IMG/VR virus record: IMGVR_UViG_3300008259_005066
Span: 62,001-126,000 of that record
DNA: 64,000 nucleotides
Direction: 5' to 3' (one strand)
Shown: one piece after another, positions 27,558-37,280 of the stretch
Layout of the letters: the number at the start of each line of letters is the position of its first letter
Numbering within the stretch: position 1 is the first letter of the stretch
Translations under genes and position numbers: made by a program
The notes under the pieces: generated by a model
Databases searched by the model: none
Told to the model about the DNA's origin: nothing
The model's input: only the letters and a program-made list of their open reading frames with translations

Positions 27558-28757
27558 CTATTCCTCCTTGTAAACGGGTTGTGGGTTATTTATTTGCTCT
27601 CGGTTAATAACTACGCGGTTTATCCCCCGATCACGATAGCGTTTGATAGCGAACATGTGTGGCATCAACACACGCTCAAGTTCGCTGTGCAAGGCGCGGG
27701 CACCAGTACCGAAATCTGCAGAACGCTGTGCTATGGTGGTCAAGGCCTCGTTCTCGAAATCAAGATCTATGCTGTCTGAAGCAAACAGGTGTTGATATTG
27801 ACGTATCAATGAATTCTTGGTATCTGTGAGCACATGCACCAGATCATCCGTGGTCAGTTCATCTAGGCTGACCCAACTAGGGAAACGGCCGACGAATTCA
27901 GGTATCAGACCAAATTTTACCAGATCATCGGGCATGGTCTTTTGTAGATCCACGTCACCTGATACTTTGACTTCAGCATTGAATCCCATGGAGGACCCGA
28001 ACAGTCGTTTCTTCACTATCTGGTCTAGGCCCACGAATGCGCCGCCGGCAATGAACAGTATATTGGCAGTGTCTATTTCGATCATTTCGCCACCAGGGTG
28101 TTTGCGGCCGCCACCAGCCGGAACTCGGCATACTGTGCCTTCTACCAGCTTCAACAGGGCCTGTTGCACACCTTCACCACTCACATCTCTGGTGATAGAT
28201 GTTGATTCGCTTTTTCGAGCGATCTTGTCAATTTCATCAACAAATATTATACCACGACGACATTTTTCCACATCGCCACCAGCGGCAGTGAGCAATCGCT
28301 GTATGAGACTTTCTACATCATCGCCCACATATCCGTCTTCGGTTATGCTAGTGGCATCTGCGATGGCAAAAGGCACGTCGAGATAACGTGCCACGGTGCG
28401 AGCCAGCAGGGTCTTGCCCGATCCTGTGGGGCCCAGCATCAGGATATTGGCCTTGTCTAGTTCTATTTCAGGATCGCGATTCTGTATGCGTTTGTAATGA
28501 TTGGCGATGGCCACTGCCAAGACAACCTTGGCACGGTCCTGCCCTATCACATACTGATCTAGATAACGTTTGAGTTCTTGAGGATCAATGTCTGTGTGAT
28601 TGTGTTCTCTCGTTACCGGATCCTCTTGCAAGAGTTTTTGGCAAAGATCCACGCAATCGTTGCAGATGGCCACATCATTGGCCACTATGAGTTTTTTAAC
28701 ATCGTCTTTGTGTTTGTTGCAGAAACTGCAAAGTTCGTATGAAGTATCTTCTTTCAT
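27558..28757 (-). CDS. clpX: Clp ATPase
   Basis: C4 zinc finger, GPTGSGKT, GYVG, DEIDK, RDVSGEGVQQALL, RKH, MGF loop, GARAL. Confidence 0.97.
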   Translation of the reverse strand: MKEDTSYELCSFCNKHKDDVKKLIVANDVAICNDCVDLCQKLLQEDPVTREHNHTDIDPQELKRYLDQYVIGQDRAKVVLAVAIANHYKRIQNRDPEIELDKANILMLGPTGSGKTLLARTVARYLDVPFAIADATSITEDGYVGDDVESLIQRLLTAAGGDVEKCRRGIIFVDEIDKIARKSESTSITRDVSGEGVQQALLKLVEGTVCRVPAGGGRKHPGGEMIEIDTANILFIAGGAFVGLDQIVKKRLFGSSMGFNAEVKVSGDVDLQKTMPDDLVKFGLIPEFVGRFPSWVSLDELTTDDLVHVLTDTKNSLIRQYQHLFASDSIDLDFENEALTTIAQRSADFGTGARALHSELERVLMPHMFAIKRYRDRGINRVVINREQINNPQPVYKEE

Positions 28758-30313
28758 GCTGGACCGTTGAATTTGGGATCATCTCGTAGCCTAGCTTCTA
28801 TTTGTTGTCTTTCGTTTTCGTTGAGCAGATCAGCATCATACTCACCAGAACCGATCTTGGCGATTAGATATTCGATATACTCATCATTGTAGGTGAATGA
28901 ATCAGTGATTTCTTTGTCCACTTCAATCCATTTCGCACCATTCCATTTGAACAGTTTAGTTGGCAGGAAATCTACACGGATAAACGCATCCCCACGACCG
29001 GGAGTTGTAGGGAATCGTGTTCCAAAATCAACATTGGCATATTGTTCTTGATCATCTGCCTGCAGTTGTAGACTCTGTTCCCATGGTAGTCGTTCTATCT
29101 TGCCCTGTGCCAACAATTTTTCGTGTCTGTGTAAAGTGTCATCAGGATTGTCCGCTTTCCATTGGCGCTTGGCCCTTTTTACAGGATCTTTTTCTTCAGG
29201 AGTTTCTTCTTCATCGGCATCACCTACATACTGCACATCCGGACGCACAGTGACAATGTCCGGCATGTCGACATAAACAGGTTCACCGGGCCGATTATTT
29301 TCAACGATTTGTTTTGTTAGATCTTGCCCGCCCCATTGCGTAGGTGGGATAGCCACCATCGGAGCGGTGGGTTGAACATCAGCATCATCTCTGTCAGGTT
29401 GTCTAGCCAGATCCTGGGCAATAGGTTGGCCATCATCAGCATTGGTACCATTGGGTTGCCTCCATTTTTTTATTTTGTCGCGCCATTCGTTTATGCGATC
29501 CATCACTGGGCTGTCAGGTGGCGGATTTTCTGGTTCATCGGGATCATCTCGAGCACCGTATTTTTCCCACTTGTAACTCTCAGTGGCGGCCAACAACATG
29601 AATATGGCCAAGGGATCAAACACTACCACAAGTATTATGATCACCCAACGCACGGCCTTTTCCAGTAAGTTGGCATCAGGATTGTCTCCATAGATCAAGG
29701 CCGCTATGTATTTGATTGGACCTACCTCGGCTTCTACTTTGCGTAGATTTGCGGCTATGGGTGCCCGTTGTTCGTTTAATTTTGCTATCTCGGTCTGTGC
29801 GCGAGAGATGTCTCCTTGCAGGTTGCCACGCTCACGGGCCTGAGCACGGCGCAGTGCCGCGGCTTTGTCAGCACCCTTCTCGTCAGATGATCTGCTGAGT
29901 GTTTGGTCCACAGCCGCATCCATCTGGGCCAGGGCACGTCGGGCGGCTTCGATGTTGTCTCGCTGTGTCTTTATCTTTTCGTCTAGCAAGGCCACTTGTG
30001 CGGCCACATCCCCAGTGGGAACTGCTTGATCTAGATGGGCCTTTGACAGGAAGCCAAAGATGCCCATGGAAGTGATCAACATCAGCATACCCACCGCAGG
30101 CACCAAGTATATTTTCATGGCTCGTTTACAACGATGCCAGTATTCATGCAACCATACAGTGACCGTTAGTTTGGCTATCTCCAATATGGTTCCCATGACG
30201 GCCACAGGAATCACAGCCGCGGCAAATATGGCAGTGAGACCTATGATCGAATAGAATGCGGCGATGGCGCTGAGGCACAGCGCCACAGCCAGCATCAAGT
30301 ATGTGAGAAACAT
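28754..30313 (-). CDS. Membrane protein with long coiled coil
   Basis: Three N-terminal TM helices, coiled coil, VVFDPLA TM; TAAATA upstream of ATG 30313. Confidence 0.8.
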   Translation of the reverse strand: MFLTYLMLAVALCLSAIAAFYSIIGLTAIFAAAVIPVAVMGTILEIAKLTVTVWLHEYWHRCKRAMKIYLVPAVGMLMLITSMGIFGFLSKAHLDQAVPTGDVAAQVALLDEKIKTQRDNIEAARRALAQMDAAVDQTLSRSSDEKGADKAAALRRAQARERGNLQGDISRAQTEIAKLNEQRAPIAANLRKVEAEVGPIKYIAALIYGDNPDANLLEKAVRWVIIILVVVFDPLAIFMLLAATESYKWEKYGARDDPDEPENPPPDSPVMDRINEWRDKIKKWRQPNGTNADDGQPIAQDLARQPDRDDADVQPTAPMVAIPPTQWGGQDLTKQIVENNRPGEPVYVDMPDIVTVRPDVQYVGDADEEETPEEKDPVKRAKRQWKADNPDDTLHRHEKLLAQGKIERLPWEQSLQLQADDQEQYANVDFGTRFPTTPGRGDAFIRVDFLPTKLFKWNGAKWIEVDKEITDSFTYNDEYIEYLIAKIGSGEYDADLLNENERQQIEARLRDDPKFNGPA

Positions 30314-30317
30314 AGAA

Positions 30318-30521
30318 CTATTTACCGGCTTCAGGCACTTCAAACCATACGGATACTCCAGGACGATTTTTCCCGTAGCGAGAGTTTTCCGTGAGTTTTC
30401 TCTTTACTCGAGGTTGTGTGCGCCAGTTTTTTCCAAACCAATCTCGGCACTCTCGCATGATCGAATACCATTGCTCTTGTGTGGTGACGCTGACGTAGAT
30501 TCGATGTAGTCCTGGTTCCAT
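30318..30521 (-). CDS. Hypothetical protein
   Basis: ATG 6 nt downstream of TGnTATAAT (30528-30533). Confidence 0.6.
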   Translation of the reverse strand: MEPGLHRIYVSVTTQEQWYSIMRECRDWFGKNWRTQPRVKRKLTENSRYGKNRPGVSVWFEVPEAGK

Positions 30522-30540
30522 GATATTATTATAGCACAAT

Positions 30541-31050
30541 TCAATCCCAAGTTCTATGCTTTTCGGCCACCCACTCCAGACCGTCGTATTCTTCTATTTG
30601 CCATTCTACATCGGCGGGGATCTCAACTACCTTTAATGCCGCAAATCTGCCACCGGCATCAGCGCCCATTTCCTGCACCACTTGCACCAGCACAGGGTCA
30701 TCTCTATCTACGTCACGATCAGAAAATACCTGTTGATCATAGAGTTGATTATGCTGTTGTCTTTGGGCCATGGTCATCGAATGCCAAGTTTCAGCATCAG
30801 GTTCTTGTAGTTGCTGTTGTTTGGGCACCAACCAGTGTTTGGGTCCTACGAGTCCACCAAATCGATCATTTTCCTCGACGTAGTATTCTATGCCCTTGAT
30901 TTCTAAATAGCGTTTGATAGCGTCTGGACTGAGACCAAAACCGCCATGTTGTTTGTTGATCACAACATAGCGGATGCCTTGTATTTCATTAAGTAACTGC
31001 TTTTGTTCAGCAGAGAGATCGGGATCTTCCAATGCTTTCATCAGGACCAT
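30541..31050 (-). CDS. Hypothetical phage protein
   Basis: VVINKQHGGFGLS...RDDPVLVQVV...IEEYDGLEWV.E pattern. Confidence 0.75.
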   Translation of the reverse strand: MVLMKALEDPDLSAEQKQLLNEIQGIRYVVINKQHGGFGLSPDAIKRYLEIKGIEYYVEENDRFGGLVGPKHWLVPKQQQLQEPDAETWHSMTMAQRQQHNQLYDQQVFSDRDVDRDDPVLVQVVQEMGADAGGRFAALKVVEIPADVEWQIEEYDGLEWVAEKHRTWD

Positions 31051-31259
31051 TTCAATTCAAACATAATTACATCCCGTTCGTCACGGAACAAATACCGAGC
31101 GATCAAATCATGGGTATGAGACACATCCGTCACGTCTACTACCTCATGTTTTTGATAACTGACACAATTTTTTTTGGCCCAGCGATGCGCTGATTCAAAA
31201 CGCTGTCCAGCCTGCTCGTATCCTATACCGCCGTCATCTAGCCAAACTTCTCGCATCAC
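31041..31259 (-). CDS. Hypothetical protein
   Basis: 72-aa coupled ORF. Confidence 0.6.
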   Translation of the reverse strand: MMREVWLDDGGIGYEQAGQRFESAHRWAKKNCVSYQKHEVVDVTDVSHTHDLIARYLFRDERDVIMFELKWS

Positions 31260-31546
31260 ACCGCTGTGCTGTTGCGATCATGGAATCGTTGGAACGTCAC
31301 TGCCATGTTCACGAAACGATCGCGATCTCGAGGATCCAAAGTGAAACAGTCAAAGTCACCATAGCGGCGATTGCGTCCAAACACATATTTCACAGCCAAC
31401 CACACACGCTGATACCAGGGTCTGTATGCAAGCAGATACACCGTGGTGTAGAGTTCACCATCATCAGGGTCATAGTCAAATCTCAAAGTGTGCTCGGCCG
31501 AATGGCACGAACAGGTATAATAGTCAGTTTTACAGGGTTGCATCAT
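31256..31546 (-). CDS. Hypothetical protein
   Basis: SD GGAG; CSCHSAEH motif. Confidence 0.6.
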   Translation of the reverse strand: MMQPCKTDYYTCSCHSAEHTLRFDYDPDDGELYTTVYLLAYRPWYQRVWLAVKYVFGRNRRYGDFDCFTLDPRDRDRFVNMAVTFQRFHDRNSTAV

Positions 31547-31820
31547 CTCTCCAGGTGTTGGTAACATCATCCCAATGACGACGATCATAGATCCTGACAT
31601 CCATGGTCCACCCAAAAACATTGATCATGAGCCACGGACCTGCATGATCAGTCTGTCGCCAGTTGAGATCTAGTTTGGCTTCTAGCCAATTAAATGCATA
31701 GTGGCTGAACTGCAATTCAAAGGTTTTATTGCGGAACATCTGCCAAGACCAACAGGCAATATTGCGGAAAGGCCTTGGCGGCCATGGATTGCGAAGCCGT
31801 ATATCGAGTTCTATCATCAA
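31530..31820 (-). CDS. Hypothetical Trp-rich protein
   Basis: 96-aa coupled ORF. Confidence 0.6.
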   Translation of the reverse strand: MMIELDIRLRNPWPPRPFRNIACWSWQMFRNKTFELQFSHYAFNWLEAKLDLNWRQTDHAGPWLMINVFGWTMDVRIYDRRHWDDVTNTWRDDATL

Positions 31821-31966
31821 TAGATTCCTTTGCCGTTACGCCATGCCTCAAAGCACTGACGGGGATGACGTATCCACATCCAGGCTACAATAACGGGAAC
31901 GGCCACCAAGGCCGCTGGAATCAATAACCACGGGCTCAGTATGCGCCAATAGATCCTAAACTTCAT
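31817..31966 (-). CDS. 49-aa membrane peptide (not in ORF track)
   Basis: MKFRIYWRILSPWLLIPAALVAVPVIVAWMW...; fills the gap between coupled genes. Confidence 0.5.
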   Translation of the reverse strand: MKFRIYWRILSPWLLIPAALVAVPVIVAWMWIRHPRQCFEAWRNGKGIY

Positions 31967-32195
31967 ATCTCTGTCGGGCAAACATTTTACGGATGCGCCA
32001 TTTGATGTAAGCCCACCACTCAGAACGGGGAATATGTCTCATGCTCGTCTTGCCTCCACGACAATACCAATTACAGCCAGTGTCAAACCGGCCACCAATG
32101 CCGCACCGTTGCCAGATATCAATGACTCCATTGATAATATGACCACTGCGAACCAAATCATCAGATTCAAATTTTTTCTCCAGGTTCAAACCCAC
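31956..32195 (-). CDS. Hypothetical protein (start uncertain)
   Basis: ORF filling the gap after the ligase. Confidence 0.4.
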   Translation of the reverse strand: MGLNLEKKFESDDLVRSGHIINGVIDIWQRCGIGGRFDTGCNWYCRGGKTSMRHIPRSEWWAYIKWRIRKMFARQRYEV

Positions 32196-33549
32196 GGAAT
32201 CTCACGAATCGTGGAAATCTCAGTGAGTATGATCCGTCTTGGTTTTGTGTGACTGCGTCCGCTTGGATTTCAACCAATCGACCAAGTAGGTCATCGCGAG
32301 CGGTCCAGAAGTCATCCCTATCGCTATCAGACAAACCACTGCCAACATTAACACGAATATTTCTGCCATTGTCATCTCCTTCACAAATTATAGCACCCAA
32401 TCGCTTTTCGTTGCGACCAGTTCCTTGTTCGAAACCCACGATTTCCAAATCCACTGTTATGGTGGGTTTCCACTTCATCCAAAAAGACGTTCGCTTGCAC
32501 TCATAGGGCGCATCCACCGACTTGATCATGATACCTTCATAGCCGGCCGTGACAGCATCTTGGGCGAATCGATCCATGATGTCATGACCTTCTCCGGTGT
32601 CGAGATCCACTTCCAGTCCGGGCATGATACGGAGGCAATCGGTCTGCTCTTGTAGCGGTTCCATTGCCCGGTTAAGTATGTCCAGTCTCTTGTGATGTTG
32701 TGCGTTCCAGAACCCACGCTCAAAATCTTCCAGAGGAATGATATCAAAGATATGATAAACCATGCCATCAGTTTGGGCATCGCTTTTACGATGTGCTTGA
32801 CGCATGAGTTTCTGGAATGACTCTCCCACGATCTCACCATCCAACACAAATCTACCACCTGAGTTCAGTCCGTGACGGAACACAGCCCTGCAATCTTCTA
32901 TGGCTTCAGCGATCTGCGGAAAGTTGTCAAAGGGTTTGCCGTTGCGGCTGTAGAGGTTCACTGTGCTACCGCTGACCACTGCCAGCACACGCACACCATC
33001 CAGTTTACATTCGATACGTTTTCGACCTTTCATCTTGGCCGGATGATCGCCCGAGTCTTGCGCCAGTTGGCAAGTGAACACCGGTATCTTCCATTCCGAG
33101 TTACCCAGCACTTTGTTTAAGGTCTTTTCTGAAATACCACAGCGGAGATCTTTGATCAGCACACGACGGGCCAGGCCGTTCCACTCGTCTGAGTCAAAAC
33201 GACCGGCCAGTTCGTCGATCCTATCACGTGCCTTGTTGCCAGTGATGCTACGGGTTCGGAGGCCTTCTGTGAGAGCCCAGAACTCAGTCCAGGGATTGTC
33301 TTTTCCTGTGAGTCCTTGGGTTTCTGGAACCTTCTTCACACCATAGACGAAATAAGGATTGTAGGTCAGGTAGCAGTTGTATAAAAAACACTGCGCCCCT
33401 GCCGACCCTAATCGAGCCGCTACCAGAGCCTTTTCGATCACTGCTTCTTTGTGTAGCCTAGAGTCTGAGCCTTCGAGATCTTGTATCCAATCTGCCGCCA
33501 CTTTTAATCCATTGAATTCATCATTGTGCCAATCGCGTGCCTGTGTCAT
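32167..33549 (-). CDS. ATP-dependent DNA ligase
   Basis: KLDGVR, LDGEI, FDII, EGIMIK, W.KWK, SLRFPRF. Confidence 0.96.
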   Translation of the reverse strand: MTQARDWHNDEFNGLKVAADWIQDLEGSDSRLHKEAVIEKALVAARLGSAGAQCFLYNCYLTYNPYFVYGVKKVPETQGLTGKDNPWTEFWALTEGLRTRSITGNKARDRIDELAGRFDSDEWNGLARRVLIKDLRCGISEKTLNKVLGNSEWKIPVFTCQLAQDSGDHPAKMKGRKRIECKLDGVRVLAVVSGSTVNLYSRNGKPFDNFPQIAEAIEDCRAVFRHGLNSGGRFVLDGEIVGESFQKLMRQAHRKSDAQTDGMVYHIFDIIPLEDFERGFWNAQHHKRLDILNRAMEPLQEQTDCLRIMPGLEVDLDTGEGHDIMDRFAQDAVTAGYEGIMIKSVDAPYECKRTSFWMKWKPTITVDLEIVGFEQGTGRNEKRLGAIICEGDDNGRNIRVNVGSGLSDSDRDDFWTARDDLLGRLVEIQADAVTQNQDGSYSLRFPRFVRFRGFEPGEKI

Positions 33550-33722
33550 GCCTTTACCTTTGTATTTAGACTGTCAGCAGTCTTCATTTCATATTCGTTT
33601 AATATGTGAGAGATGATGCCGGTCTCGTCCATGACATAACCATACCGATTCCAGATGCGCTGGAGCACCTCGATGTCATCCAGTGTGAACGTGATCGATA
33701 AGGTGACATCTCGTTGTGTCAT
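33546..33722 (-). CDS. 58-aa hypothetical protein (not in ORF track)
   Basis: MTQRDVTLSITF...; ATGA overlaps at both ends. Confidence 0.55.
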   Translation of the reverse strand: MTQRDVTLSITFTLDDIEVLQRIWNRYGYVMDETGIISHILNEYEMKTADSLNTKVKA

Positions 33723-33919
33723 GCCGCCACCTGATCAAAAATGCTTTGCTGTAATTCAGCGACTTCATCTCTTGGCACATAAAAATCTGTGCGTGGATCC
33801 CAGTATTCACCGGCCTTGGGATCATAATACAGCACCCGGCCATTGGGATAGTGGAACGGACCTTCCAGCCCCGATCGTGGACCATAGTCCTGGTTGTGTC
33901 GGAAAACGTGATAGGCCAT
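33719..33919 (-). CDS. Hypothetical early protein
   Basis: MAYHVF...GLEGPF..GRVLYYDPKAGEYWDP; SD GAGG. Confidence 0.7.
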   Translation of the reverse strand: MAYHVFRHNQDYGPRSGLEGPFHYPNGRVLYYDPKAGEYWDPRTDFYVPRDEVAELQQSIFDQVAA

Positions 33920-33920
33920 G

Positions 33921-34094
33921 TTATTTGACCTCGGCGGCGCCGATGTTGCAAGCGGCAAAGAATCGATCCGAGTCAAATCTGCGATTGGCTTCTTTACAAG
34001 CAGATGCCACCGCGATAGCCGCTTGCAAACGGCAATGCGGATCCATGATAGAATCGATGTATTTGGCGAGTAGTTCAAAGTGTTTCTTAGACAT
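33921..34094 (-). CDS. 57-aa early protein (not in ORF track)
   Basis: MSKKHFELLAKYI...NRRFDSDRFFAAC; SD GGAG; directly after a consensus promoter. Confidence 0.7.
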   Translation of the reverse strand: MSKKHFELLAKYIDSIMDPHCRLQAAIAVASACKEANRRFDSDRFFAACNIGAAEVK

Positions 34095-34126
34095 ACTGTG
34101 GCTCCAAGTTGTTTACTATAACTCAT

Positions 34127-34155
34127 ATTATAGCAAAATGGCGATTTTTGGTCAA
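34127..34155 (-). promoter_or_regulatory. Strong early sigma70 promoter
   Basis: TTGACC-N17-TATAAT with TG extension. Confidence 0.85.
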
Positions 34156-34159
34156 CCAC

Positions 34160-34187
34160 AAAAAAACCCTACTGTTTGTAGGGTTTT
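34160..34187 (-). terminator. Rho-independent terminator
   Basis: AAAACCCTAC-aaaca-GTAGGGTTTTTTT. Confidence 0.8.
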
Positions 34188-34208
34188 CGTAGGTTAGTGC
34201 CCACTGAC

Positions 34209-36413
34209 CTAGGAACGAATCACCAGGGCGTCGGCTTCTTCTTTGGTCAAAGTGTTCGGCGCCAGCGTTCCTGGGAACTGCGGTTGTTCTGTGGCCAGTG
34301 CTGTGTCCGTCTTGATGCCTGCATCATCCAATCTAGCTTGATTGCGACCCTCGCGCATGGCAGCGATCAAGGCCTGCCCTCCTAGGCTGTTGGCATTGGC
34401 CACACGCTCTAACCACATGGCCGGTCCGCCGAATTCAGTGTTTCTACCAAATTGAGGCAAGGACTGTCCAAAATTGATGGCAGTTGTGTCAGACGCTCTG
34501 AAATCTGTGACGATGAGATCTGCACGTTGTCTGTTGAGATATTCTCTGCCATACTGCTCTTGCCAGATTGTTTCGTTGGCGTTTACTGTTTGCGCATCTG
34601 GATAGTTTTCGTAGATGTCTGTTGACGCCACAGCGGTATAAGGAATGATTCCATTTAGCCATGCATCTTGAAAGGCAATATTGCCTGTAGCGCCATAATA
34701 AATGCCCGCGGCTGCCCATCCCACAGGGATCTCTATCTGGTAATCATCATTGGGCGGATCCACTGGTGTGGGGTTGGCAGTTGGACCAAATGTGCCTAGA
34801 CAGAATTGCTGGATGGTTTCGTAGATGCCCTGGCTTTGTGTGAATTCCGCAAAGGCACCATTGGCGTTGAGGCTGGTCAACAGCGGGCCATTGTCCTGGA
34901 GAGGCTGTCCTGAATTATAACCTGCGGCAAATCCCACGATGTCTGAAACTACATATGACCCATTGTTGCCAGTGGTCAACTGTATGCCAAAATCTTCGCC
35001 ATAGTAATTTTTCCAATAGTCAATCACCGGTTGGGTCACATATTCTTCCTGACCGGCTATCAAAGGCAAATCTCTGAGGTTTTCCAATTCCAGGACACTT
35101 GCGGCCAATGAATCACTGCTGGTATTTGAAATACCCTTGACCTGTAGGAAACTGCGGCCCAATGCGGAATTGGCCACTGCCAGGTCATCGGGTATGATAC
35201 CTTTGAGATTTTCTCCTAAGTCATTGAGTTCAGGATTGATGCTGCCACTTGCTTCATAGATACCACGGAAGCCAACAGACCCCACACGGATAGGCGTGGT
35301 CAGTGTGCTGGAGCTGGAGGCAAAAAGTTTTTGTGGATCAAGTAGGTCTTGACCTTTCTGCACAGCGACCTGTGTGTTGTTCAATATGCCTTTGACCTGT
35401 GTGACTTCAGTGGGCGTGAGTTTGGTCAGTTCTGTGTATATTTCTTTTTGTATGCCGGCGGGCAGATTTGCACCTTGTCGCGCTATCTGATTGAGATCAA
35501 TGCCGAGATCCTTGAGACGCAATTCTTCACGGCCCAATAAAGCATTGGTTATGTTCACTCCCAACTGCTGTGCGGTGCGGGGATCTACCTGGATGTTGCC
35601 CAGTTTGTCATAGAATGGGCCCAGTGTTCCACTGTTTTCAAGGTTGGCGATCAGTTGTCCTGGATAGCCAAGGAAATCAAGTTTGGCCCAGTCCACGGTG
35701 TTGCCTAGTTTGCTGATGTCATCGCCCAGACCTTCAAACCATTTGCTGACTCCATCCACGCCGGCAGTGATGGTATTTTCCATGTTGGTGAAGGTTTTGT
35801 TGAGATAGGTTCCGGCCGACTCGGCTGCGTTGATAAAGCCATTGGCTGTCTGCGCGAAAGAATTGGCAGCATTGAAAGCCTGACCTAGGATCTTGGGATC
35901 GCCAACCAACGCCCCTGCGACCAATGTACCAGTGCCCCCAAGAGTTTGGCTAGCCCAAGTGATACTTTCTTGGATAGCGGTCTTGAACACCCCTTCTGTG
36001 ACCGATGACAAAAATTGTGCTGTTTTTGGTCCCCAGGTTCCAGAAACTGAATTGAATACTTGTTTGCCGGCTGCGGCCGGGGCGGTGGCTAGATTGCTCC
36101 AGGCTTCTCTCATGGGCGCAGTGAATTCTAAAAAACTGTTGGTCATGGAATTGAGAGTGTCTCCCAGACCTCCGAGACCGCTGAACCACGATTGGCTCGC
36201 AGTATTTTCAATGATGCCCGACGCCACTGCTTCAGCAGTGCTCATGGAAAAGATTTCACCCGATGGAGTATACACAGTGACTAAACCTTCGGCCGCACTA
36301 CCGGCTGCGCCGGCCACAGGTGCTCCACCAAACACTTCTGCGAGGCCTCCGTTGGCGATAAATGCGCCAACCGCAGTCATTATGATCGAGGTGAGTGCGC
36401 CTGCGCAGGCCAT
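34209..36413 (-). CDS. Putative tail/baseplate-associated protein
   Basis: 734 aa, G/A-rich, directly after PAAR. Confidence 0.6.
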   Translation of the reverse strand: MACAGALTSIIMTAVGAFIANGGLAEVFGGAPVAGAAGSAAEGLVTVYTPSGEIFSMSTAEAVASGIIENTASQSWFSGLGGLGDTLNSMTNSFLEFTAPMREAWSNLATAPAAAGKQVFNSVSGTWGPKTAQFLSSVTEGVFKTAIQESITWASQTLGGTGTLVAGALVGDPKILGQAFNAANSFAQTANGFINAAESAGTYLNKTFTNMENTITAGVDGVSKWFEGLGDDISKLGNTVDWAKLDFLGYPGQLIANLENSGTLGPFYDKLGNIQVDPRTAQQLGVNITNALLGREELRLKDLGIDLNQIARQGANLPAGIQKEIYTELTKLTPTEVTQVKGILNNTQVAVQKGQDLLDPQKLFASSSSTLTTPIRVGSVGFRGIYEASGSINPELNDLGENLKGIIPDDLAVANSALGRSFLQVKGISNTSSDSLAASVLELENLRDLPLIAGQEEYVTQPVIDYWKNYYGEDFGIQLTTGNNGSYVVSDIVGFAAGYNSGQPLQDNGPLLTSLNANGAFAEFTQSQGIYETIQQFCLGTFGPTANPTPVDPPNDDYQIEIPVGWAAAGIYYGATGNIAFQDAWLNGIIPYTAVASTDIYENYPDAQTVNANETIWQEQYGREYLNRQRADLIVTDFRASDTTAINFGQSLPQFGRNTEFGGPAMWLERVANANSLGGQALIAAMREGRNQARLDDAGIKTDTALATEQPQFPGTLAPNTLTKEEADALVIRS

Positions 36414-36704
36414 TTAGATTCCTACTATAACATCGAGACTTCCAAATGCCCGAGGATGAAAACAGGTGTCAGGTGACCCAACATAAACAATGGGTTTGCC
36501 TTCGGCCAGCACAGAAAGACTGCCCAGTGTGGTCAAAGCGGCGCAATGAATCTCGCAACCAGGTGCACCGCAACAAGGATGAGGTGTGACTAAAGTGCCT
36601 GTGGTGCAGGCCGGACGACCGTTGATCAGCACGCTGAGAGCGCCGGGGAATACTGCGAGACCCCCGGCTATGTTTGGGTCTCCGATTCTTACTGATGGTG
36701 GCAT
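36414..36704 (-). CDS. PAAR-domain spike-tip protein
   Basis: RIGD, VLINGRPAC, H/C zinc ligands, GS..V.AEGKP. Confidence 0.88.
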   Translation of the reverse strand: MPPSVRIGDPNIAGGLAVFPGALSVLINGRPACTTGTLVTPHPCCGAPGCEIHCAALTTLGSLSVLAEGKPIVYVGSPDTCFHPRAFGSLDVIVGI

Positions 36705-36708
36705 GATG

Positions 36709-37014
36709 TTATCCTGTTATGATTTGTTTAGCAGGCGGAGTGGCGATTCCTGTGGTAGCCTCAATGTATTTGGACTTGACGTCTTCGCGTGTTTCTGCCT
36801 GCATCACTATCGTAGCAGTATTTATATGCACAGTTTTGTCCTGATTTGCTGAAAACAAACTGGGCATCATCTGAAGCCCTTGTGGGCCCAGGACCATGCT
36901 GATGGGTTGGGTAACTTCTATCACATCGCCGCAGATTTCTACGACTTTGGCGGTGATTTCTTCACCGCTGATTAATTTTAGAGTGTATATTTGGCTTCTT
37001 TGGAATACGTTCAT
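36709..37014 (-). CDS. Hypothetical protein (Sm-like fold candidate)
   Basis: TLKLISGEEITAKV...Y..ATTGI. Confidence 0.65.
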   Translation of the reverse strand: MNVFQRSQIYTLKLISGEEITAKVVEICGDVIEVTQPISMVLGPQGLQMMPSLFSANQDKTVHINTATIVMQAETREDVKSKYIEATTGIATPPAKQIITG

Positions 37015-37280
37015 ATGGTTCCTAGGTCTGTAAGATTCATGCGCTCGCGGATGTCCGTTCGCGTCAACTTACTTAAACCTTGGAACCCACCTTCCACAAA
37101 TAATTTGCCTTCAAAATAGATCTGCGGCACCGTGCGATGACCTTTTTCCTGGATGAACTGGCGTGCTTGCTCATCCTTTTCGATGTTGATTTCTTCGAAG
37201 GGTATGTCTTTGCTTTTCAAGTAATTTTTAGCATTGACACAAAACGGGCAAACGGTTTTTGAATACACAGTCAACATCAT
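37011..37280 (-). CDS. Glutaredoxin
   Basis: CPFC, TVPQI, GG. Confidence 0.95.
   Translation of the reverse strand: MMLTVYSKTVCPFCVNAKNYLKSKDIPFEEINIEKDEQARQFIQEKGHRTVPQIYFEGKLFVEGGFQGLSKLTRTDIRERMNLTDLGTI

Noticed and set aside
36414-36704. Type VI secretion system
   Set aside because: PAAR is alone in a phage context with no tss genes; it fits a contractile-tail spike tip
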